This document shows positions 58,797-64,000 of a DNA stretch of 64,000 bases, in pieces. The stretch's first letter is position 1; each line of letters opens with the position of its first letter. The position numbers were made by a program, and so were the translations under genes. The notes under the pieces are model-generated. The model searched no databases, was not told the origin of the DNA, and saw only the letters and a list, made by a program, of their open reading frames with translations. The stretch comes from an uncultured Bacteroidales bacterium (GTDB lineage: Bacteria > Bacteroidota > Bacteroidia > Bacteroidales > Paludibacteraceae): positions 10,840-74,839 of the forward strand of contig CALCUH010000034.1 of the NCBI GenBank assembly GCA_937907165.1, read 5' to 3'.

Positions 58797-58833
58797 CAAA
58801 TGCACTCTTTACTCCGAGCCCCCCCCAAAAAAA
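58797..58833 (-). promoter_or_regulatory. candidate promoter of giant gene 2, with a T7G8 homopolymer supplying the -33 TTTG and the first 7 nt of the spacer
   Basis: Minus-strand reading gives TTTTTTT-GGGGGGGG-CTCGGAGTAAAGAG-TGCATTTG. The TTTG lies at the T/G junction, the spacer is 21 nt, and the -7 element TGCATTTG has 1 mismatch to TAnnTTTG. The ATG is about 40 nt downstream. Confidence 0.45.
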
Positions 58834-59040
58834 CGGCTGGATCGTCTATCATCAACAATTCAATTATTTGATTTTTGTTTCCGCAACACGGGCACAACTT
58901 TCATAAAGCATAACTCAAATATACACAATAGTATTCAATAAAGCATACTAAACACGATTGTTTTTTCATAAAAAAAAAAGCGTTTAACGCATTTTTTTCA
59001 TCATACACATTTGACAAACATCGTTTTTCCTCATACAATA

Positions 59041-59068
59041 AGCGGGAAAGTCCCCGGACCTTCCCGCT
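59041..59068. terminator. stem-loop downstream of fabD
   Basis: AGCGGGAA (59041-48) pairs with TTCCCGCT (59061-68). The T-run is on the plus side only, so the orientation is ambiguous. Confidence 0.4.
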
Positions 59069-59121
59069 CATTTTTCCAGACACATTCCCTAACAGAAACA
59101 AATTTTCTTATGGAAACAAAA

Positions 59122-60006
59122 TCATAATTCAGCGGCCTTAGCCTCTTTTGTCTTATCAATTTTTCTCATCAAGCCCACCAACGTGGATCCCGGACCCACC
59201 TCCGTGAAACTATCGGCGCCCGCGACGATCATATTTTGAACAGACTGCGTCCATTTCACGGAAGAAGTGAGTTGTTTCACCAAGTTGGATTTTATCGTCT
59301 CCGGATTGGTCTCCCCTATCGTAGAGACATTTTGGTATACCGGACAAATCGGCGTCTTAAAATTGGTCGCCTCAATAGCCGCAGCAAGTTCCACTTTCGC
59401 AGGCTCCATCAAAGGAGAGTGAAAAGCTCCGCTCACCGCCAACTTCACCACGCGGCGCGCTCCAGCCTCTTCCATCAAAGTGCAAGCCTTGTCGATTCCA
59501 GCCATAGTGCCGGAGATGACCAATTGACCAGGGCAATTATAATTAGCAGGGACAACCACCTCATCAGTAATCATGGAGCAAACCTCCTCCACCTTTTCGT
59601 CAGGAAGGCCCAAGACAGCCGCCATCGTGGAAGGATTCATCTCGCAAGCCTTCTGCATAGCCATGGCACGTTTGGAAACGAGTTTGACGCCATCCGCAAA
59701 ATCAATCGCGCCGGCCGCCACCAAAGCGGAGAACTCACCCAATGAATGACCAGCCACCATATCCGGAGCGAATTTCTCGCCCATAGACTTCGCCAAAATG
59801 ACGGAGTGGAGGAATACAGCCGGTTGCGTCACCTTCGTCTGTTTCAAATCAGCCTCTTCGCCGGCGAACATGATGTCAGTGATTCTGAACCCCAAGATTT
59901 CATTAGCCTGTTCAAACAAATCCTTCGCCAAAGGAATGTTGTCGTACAAGTCTTTGCCCATTCCGATGAATTGGGCGCCTTGTCCAGGGAAAACAAATGC
60001 TTTCAT
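59122..60006 (-). CDS. fabD: ACP S-malonyltransferase
   Basis: FPGQGAQ, GHSLGE, and an AFHSP-like motif (GAFHSPLM). Confidence 0.95.
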   Translation of the reverse strand: MKAFVFPGQGAQFIGMGKDLYDNIPLAKDLFEQANEILGFRITDIMFAGEEADLKQTKVTQPAVFLHSVILAKSMGEKFAPDMVAGHSLGEFSALVAAGAIDFADGVKLVSKRAMAMQKACEMNPSTMAAVLGLPDEKVEEVCSMITDEVVVPANYNCPGQLVISGTMAGIDKACTLMEEAGARRVVKLAVSGAFHSPLMEPAKVELAAAIEATNFKTPICPVYQNVSTIGETNPETIKSNLVKQLTSSVKWTQSVQNMIVAGADSFTEVGPGSTLVGLMRKIDKTKEAKAAEL

Positions 60007-60023
60007 ATAAAAATCAGTTATGA

Positions 60024-60953
60024 TTAATGGTTAAATTTATGCGTGTTCGAATAATTCAGATAGGTGGCTTCCGGCCATTTGGAAAGATCGGAGGAACTTT
60101 CACACTTGCGTTGCACGGTCTTATCCAAATTCGAGAAAAAATCTATGCCCGTCATACGTTCCACCTCGTCGACCGTCGTCACGAACTTCGTGAAAGGCGT
60201 ATCGGTAGCCTCATTAGGAATGACGAAAGCGATCATCTTCTCCTTCCCCTCTTTGGAGAAATCGAATAAGATTTTGTAGAACTTCTCAGGAACCGTGATA
60301 TTAGTCCTCACATCCCGACCATTTTCGGTCGTGAACATTTTTCTGGCATCCTCTCCTTCCCTTGGCAGTACGGGACCGGTCACCACATAGATACGCCCAT
60401 ATTTCTTCGTCCAAGAGCGGACCTGCATCTCCAAATCGTTCCAAACTCCCTTATTGAAGCCCTTCACCTGAGGAGAGATATTGCTAGTATAAAAGCACTC
60501 CTCCATCGCCTTCTTCTCGAATTTCATGTCAGCCGCCGGAGCCAAATGCCCCCTATCATACCCGCTATTCGAATAGAGGTCAGGATCGGCCGACTCGCTC
60601 GTCACGATAGGATCCGGCTCAAAAGAGTCGTTGCGATCCAAATCGCCTCCGACCTCGTCTCTCGTCAACTCATACGCCACCCATTCGGACTGTTCGTCAG
60701 ACTCCGAATAAGAGAAAGAATAATTCTTATGGATATAAGTCTTCCCTTTTGAATTCGTATGCGTGAACATTCTATCCCCCTCCGAAGAATTAGGAATAGA
60801 AGAAACAGACGACTCTCCCTCAGCAGGGAAAATCTGCGTCAGGTCGACATCAGGAGAGGCCGATCCGTCCGTCGCGGGAACATCCGCGGGAACCGCCATA
60901 CACGAACAAAAAAAGGTGACCAGCGCCACCTCTATTGGAAACAAAAGTTTCAT
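60024..60953 (-). CDS. secreted DNA/RNA non-specific endonuclease (NUC/beta-beta-alpha-Me family)
   Basis: Signal/lipobox-like N-terminus and a DRGH motif (GYDRGHLAPAADM). Confidence 0.85.
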   Translation of the reverse strand: MKLLFPIEVALVTFFCSCMAVPADVPATDGSASPDVDLTQIFPAEGESSVSSIPNSSEGDRMFTHTNSKGKTYIHKNYSFSYSESDEQSEWVAYELTRDEVGGDLDRNDSFEPDPIVTSESADPDLYSNSGYDRGHLAPAADMKFEKKAMEECFYTSNISPQVKGFNKGVWNDLEMQVRSWTKKYGRIYVVTGPVLPREGEDARKMFTTENGRDVRTNITVPEKFYKILFDFSKEGKEKMIAFVIPNEATDTPFTKFVTTVDEVERMTGIDFFSNLDKTVQRKCESSSDLSKWPEATYLNYSNTHKFNH

Positions 60954-61816
60954 TTCACAGCCTTTAAACTCATATCCAAACCCTTAACGGAATGAGTAAG
61001 CGCACCGACAGAAATAAAATCGACGCCACACTCCGCATAAGAGCGCAAAGTTTTAAATGTAATACCGCCAGAAGACTCCGTCTCACATCTGCCGTTAATA
61101 ATCTCGACAGCCTTACGGGTAGTATCCGTATCGAAATTGTCCAACATGATTCTATCGACACCACCGATTCTAAGCACCTGATCAAGTTCATCCAAATTAC
61201 GGACCTCAACCTCAATTTTAATGTTTTTGCCCTTCTCTTTCAGATAACGTTTCGCATTGGAGACCGCGTTTTCGATTCCGCCGGCGAAATCGATATGGTT
61301 GTCCTTTAAAAGAATCATATCAAACAGACCGATACGATGGTTACCGCCGCCACCGATTTTCACGGCTTTCTTCTCAAGGATTCGGAGACCCGGAGTAGTC
61401 TTTCTCGTATCAATCACCTTTGTATGCAAATCCTCAATCTCCTTGGCATATTTATTGGTCTGGGTAGCGATACCGCTCATACGCTGCATAATATTCAGCA
61501 CAATGCGCTCCGTCTGGAGCAAGGAACGTTCCTTTCCTGAAACGTAGAAAGCGATATCACCCGGCTTCACATGAGCGCCGTCCTCAAGGAGTTGTTCCAT
61601 CTTCAAATCAGGATCGAATTTCGCAAAAACCCGTTTCGCGATTTCAACACCCGCAAGGATTCCCTCCTCCTTAATTAAAAGTTTCGCCTTACCCATTTGG
61701 GTGTCAGGAATGCAACAAAGCGTGGTATGATCACCGTCACCGATATCCTCAGCAAACGCGAGATCAAGTAAATCTTCAATTAATTCATTTTCACTTTTCA
61801 TATCTTTCAAAATCAA
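60950..61816 (-). CDS. nadC: nicotinate-nucleotide diphosphorylase (carboxylating)
   Basis: 288 aa. AEDIGDGDHTT, TRKTTPGLR, MLDNF motifs. Confidence 0.9.
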   Translation of the reverse strand: MILKDMKSENELIEDLLDLAFAEDIGDGDHTTLCCIPDTQMGKAKLLIKEEGILAGVEIAKRVFAKFDPDLKMEQLLEDGAHVKPGDIAFYVSGKERSLLQTERIVLNIMQRMSGIATQTNKYAKEIEDLHTKVIDTRKTTPGLRILEKKAVKIGGGGNHRIGLFDMILLKDNHIDFAGGIENAVSNAKRYLKEKGKNIKIEVEVRNLDELDQVLRIGGVDRIMLDNFDTDTTRKAVEIINGRCETESSGGITFKTLRSYAECGVDFISVGALTHSVKGLDMSLKAVK

Positions 61817-61896
61817 TTACATAGGACACATCTAGTCCCTATTCGTTATCGGAATAAAAAACATTTATGTTCTCAAAAGCCCCCCGCAAGGAATCT

Positions 61897-62292
61897 TCAA
61901 TTAGAGGATGGCTCAATCTTCAATTGGCGGATAAATTCCCTTGCACCCTCTTTTTTTGTAAGTATAAGGATTTGGAAAATACCGGAATCCGTGTAGAGTT
62001 TGCCCATCATCAGACCAGTCTTTTCCTTATCAGTCTTATGGGTCACGTTAAAATTGGTCGGACGATGTTTTCTAAAGAAAGAGGAAATCTCGTCTTGAAC
62101 CTGCATCTTGTTCTTCAGCCCTCCCGCACGGTCGATAGTCAAATCGACACTATTGTCCAAAAAGGAACTGATCCTCTGCACGTCTCCGTTGGAGAACGAC
62201 CTCACGATATCCGGGTTCGCCTGAACGGATGCCATCGCGGTTCCGAACAAGAACGTTAGGATGATTCTTTTTATATTTTTCATACTCCTCAA
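61897..62292 (-). CDS. DUF4783-like small secreted protein
   Basis: 131 aa with a signal peptide. The family call is from memory. Confidence 0.5.
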   Translation of the reverse strand: MRSMKNIKRIILTFLFGTAMASVQANPDIVRSFSNGDVQRISSFLDNSVDLTIDRAGGLKNKMQVQDEISSFFRKHRPTNFNVTHKTDKEKTGLMMGKLYTDSGIFQILILTKKEGAREFIRQLKIEPSSN

Positions 62293-62381
62293 AATTAATT
62301 GGCACGTTCGAAATTTATCACTACAAAAACGATGCCTAAAAACTCTTTTTACTTACATTCGCGCCATAAAAAAGGCACAAA

Positions 62382-62855
62382 ATGAGAATCTCACTCCTTA
62401 CAGTCGGCAAAACTAACGATTTATCTTTTAAAAATGCAATTTCAGAGTACCAAAAGAGACTAAAATTCTACATTTCTTTCGACATTGAGGAGATACCTTC
62501 CCTAAAAAACACCAAAAACTTGACGGAAGACAACCAGAAGCAAAAGGAAGGAGAACTGATTCTAAAAAATCTGCAACCGGACGACGAAGTGATTCTATTG
62601 GATGATAAAGGCAACGAATTCACCTCCAAACAATTCGCCTCCTTCATTGAAAAAAAATCAGCCTCCGGACTAAAAAGGTTAGTGTTCGTCGTAGGCGGTC
62701 CCTACGGATTCTCACAAGAGGTTTACCAACGCGCCAACGACAAAGTCTCCCTCTCCCGCATGACCTTCTCCCACCAAATGGTCCGACTCATCTTCGTCGA
62801 ACAACTCTACCGCTCCATGACCATCATCAAGGGAGAGCCTTACCACCACGAATAA
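62382..62855 (+). CDS. rlmH: 23S rRNA (pseudouridine1915-N3)-methyltransferase
   Basis: 157 aa, SPOUT fold. FVVGGPYGFS and LSRMTFSHQMVRLIFVEQLYR. Confidence 0.9.
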   Translation: MRISLLTVGKTNDLSFKNAISEYQKRLKFYISFDIEEIPSLKNTKNLTEDNQKQKEGELILKNLQPDDEVILLDDKGNEFTSKQFASFIEKKSASGLKRLVFVVGGPYGFSQEVYQRANDKVSLSRMTFSHQMVRLIFVEQLYRSMTIIKGEPYHHE

Positions 62856-63221
62856 TTCTACGGATTCCACTATCAAACGCCACCCTTGTTTCCTTTCAAG
62901 GCGGGAAACGCCACATATCATAAACATTCATCATACATATCATTGATTTAAAACTAATATTTTATTATTTACTATAATAACAACATACTCGAAATAGCGA
63001 TTTGTTAATTTTATTGCTCTAATATTCAATTATATATATATTATATTTTCATATTTAAATACCACAACTTGATTTTTAACAAATAATTAATTAGATTTGC
63101 GATAACAATCGTTCTAAAATAAACATAAGCAAAAAAGCTAGCATTTTGTTTTGTTATATTACATAGAATATTGTTGTTTTATTATTTTTTTAATTATTAA
63201 CTTTAAAATTTTCAAATCATC

Positions 63222-64000
63222 ATGCCAACTCAAAATGTATCAAAAAAGACAATATCCGCATTACAACAACTTCCGTTCGAAAACATCATCGGAGGACCGT
63301 TGAACGCATGTGTGCTCGCACAAAAAGAGGCAGCGTTAACCACAATCGGCTTCATCAATGACGTAGGTTTACAAACCGTGTACGACAAAGATGATAAAGA
63401 CACAGGAAAGAAAGAGGCGATTTATGTATACTTCACCTTTGTTCAAAACGGTAGAAAAGTCAACATCAGCGTTCCTCTTTTGACCATCGTCCCAATCCCT
63501 TACATCGCCATCAACACAATCGACATCAACTTCAAGGCGAATATCAGCGGTGTGGAGACCACTTCCGACACTGACGAATCTTCTTATGAGTCTACAGAAG
63601 AATCCGAGAGCCAAAAGAAAAGAGGATTTATATTCAAGAAAAAAACATCCTCGTTCAAATCATCAATTTCCACAAAGAGGGATTCGAAATCAACGCAAGA
63701 ATCCAGCTACAGCATCGAAGCGACAGTGGACGTAGCCGTACACGCCACTCAAGACTCCATGCCTGCCGGTATGGCGAAAGTGCTTGAGATGTTAGGAAGT
63801 GCGATAGACCTTTGCAATCCGGAAGGCGAACTTACAGTTAGCGCCACAACCGCAGTTACTGGTGACACTATCGTATTCACCTATAAGGGTTCAGACGGCG
63901 TATACCACCCTGATTGCATCACAACTGGCGATAGTGCTTTTGACGCGGAATTAAAAACTACCGCAGACGGAATTTCGAAATCTCTAACCATAGAGAATAA
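63222..64000 (+). CDS. DUF2589-like protein (5' part; the ORF is still open at the window edge)
   Basis: Own translation with no stop through 64000: MPTQNVSKKTISALQQLPFENIIGGPLNACVLAQKEAALTTIGFINDVGL...ISVPLLTIVPIPYIAINTIDINFKANISG..., then a Ser/Thr/Lys/Glu-rich segment, then YSIEATVDVAVHATQDSMPAGMAKVLEML. The GGPL..A..AQ..AA..T..FI..VG and VPLL.IVPIP...I....I.F.A pattern matches DUF2589 as I recall it. It is missing from the ORF track because it has no stop. Confidence 0.6.
   Translation, partial: MPTQNVSKKTISALQQLPFENIIGGPLNACVLAQKEAALTTIGFINDVGLQTVYDKDDKDTGKKEAIYVYFTFVQNGRKVNISVPLLTIVPIPYIAINTIDINFKANISGVETTSDTDESSYESTEESESQKKRGFIFKKKTSSFKSSISTKRDSKSTQESSYSIEATVDVAVHATQDSMPAGMAKVLEMLGSAIDLCNPEGELTVSATTAVTGDTIVFTYKGSDGVYHPDCITTGDSAFDAELKTTADGISKSLTIEN

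Noticed and set aside
58961-59001. A10/T7 runs and the GCGTT-T-AACGC palindrome (58970-58998) as a terminator or regulatory hairpin.
   Set aside because: The loop would be too tight (1-5 nt with an A-A mismatch next to it) and the stem only 3-5 bp. This is probably just AT-rich spacer.
58870-59123. Imperfect inverted repeat GATTTTTGTTTCC (58870-58882) / GGAAACAAAATC (59112-59123) as the borders of an invertible promoter upstream of giant gene 2.
   Set aside because: The match is only 12-13 nt, AT-rich and has an indel. The right arm overlaps the fabD stop codon. No site-specific recombinase is nearby, and the best promoter candidate lies outside the segment.
1-64000. CRISPR arrays, IS elements or transposases, integrases, prophage genes, toxin-antitoxin pairs and rRNA genes.
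   Set aside because: I scanned the ORF translations and the intergenic regions. There are no regularly spaced direct repeats, no DDE, tyrosine or serine recombinase motifs, and no rRNA-like sequence.

Overview
This is a chromosomal segment from a Bacteroidota genome that looks Bacteroidales-like. Three things support that: T9SS sorting domains and a porQ-like gene, the rpmB-rpmG-DUF4295 trio, and TAnnTTTG/-33 TTTG promoter motifs. Most of the window is housekeeping: pyrK/pyrD, dnaX, murB, mutL, pfkA, ispH, cmk, aroC, slyD, fabD, nadC, rlmH, the rpmB operon and tRNA-His. I found no transposase, integrase, CRISPR array or rRNA. About a third of the window is taken up by two giant minus-strand genes for secreted surface proteins. 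Giant 1 (22460-34000, about 3846 aa) has about 25 HYR-like modules and a type-B T9SS C-terminal domain (CTD). Giant 2 (48166-58758, 3530 aa) has Calx-beta/FN3/LamG-like modules, a central region I cannot assign, and a type-A T9SS CTD. Between them lies a co-directional string containing a porQ-like gene and an orphan 1246-aa multi-pass histidine kinase. The main leads are: (1) a T7/G8 homopolymer that forms the -33 element and spacer of the giant 2 promoter, a possible slipped-strand phase switch; (2) dnaX split at an A11 run, so the tau-length product needs a 1-nt slip; (3) a dense DnaA-box-like cluster with paralogous hairpin-ending units at 7.6-8.3 kb, a possible oriC or sRNA pair; (4) a catalytically dead-looking SGNH-fold gene coupled to a GH73 glucosaminidase just upstream of giant 1; (5) an extremely AT-rich spacer followed by a DUF2589-like gene that runs off the right edge. 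All family and domain calls come from reading the translations by eye. No database search was possible.
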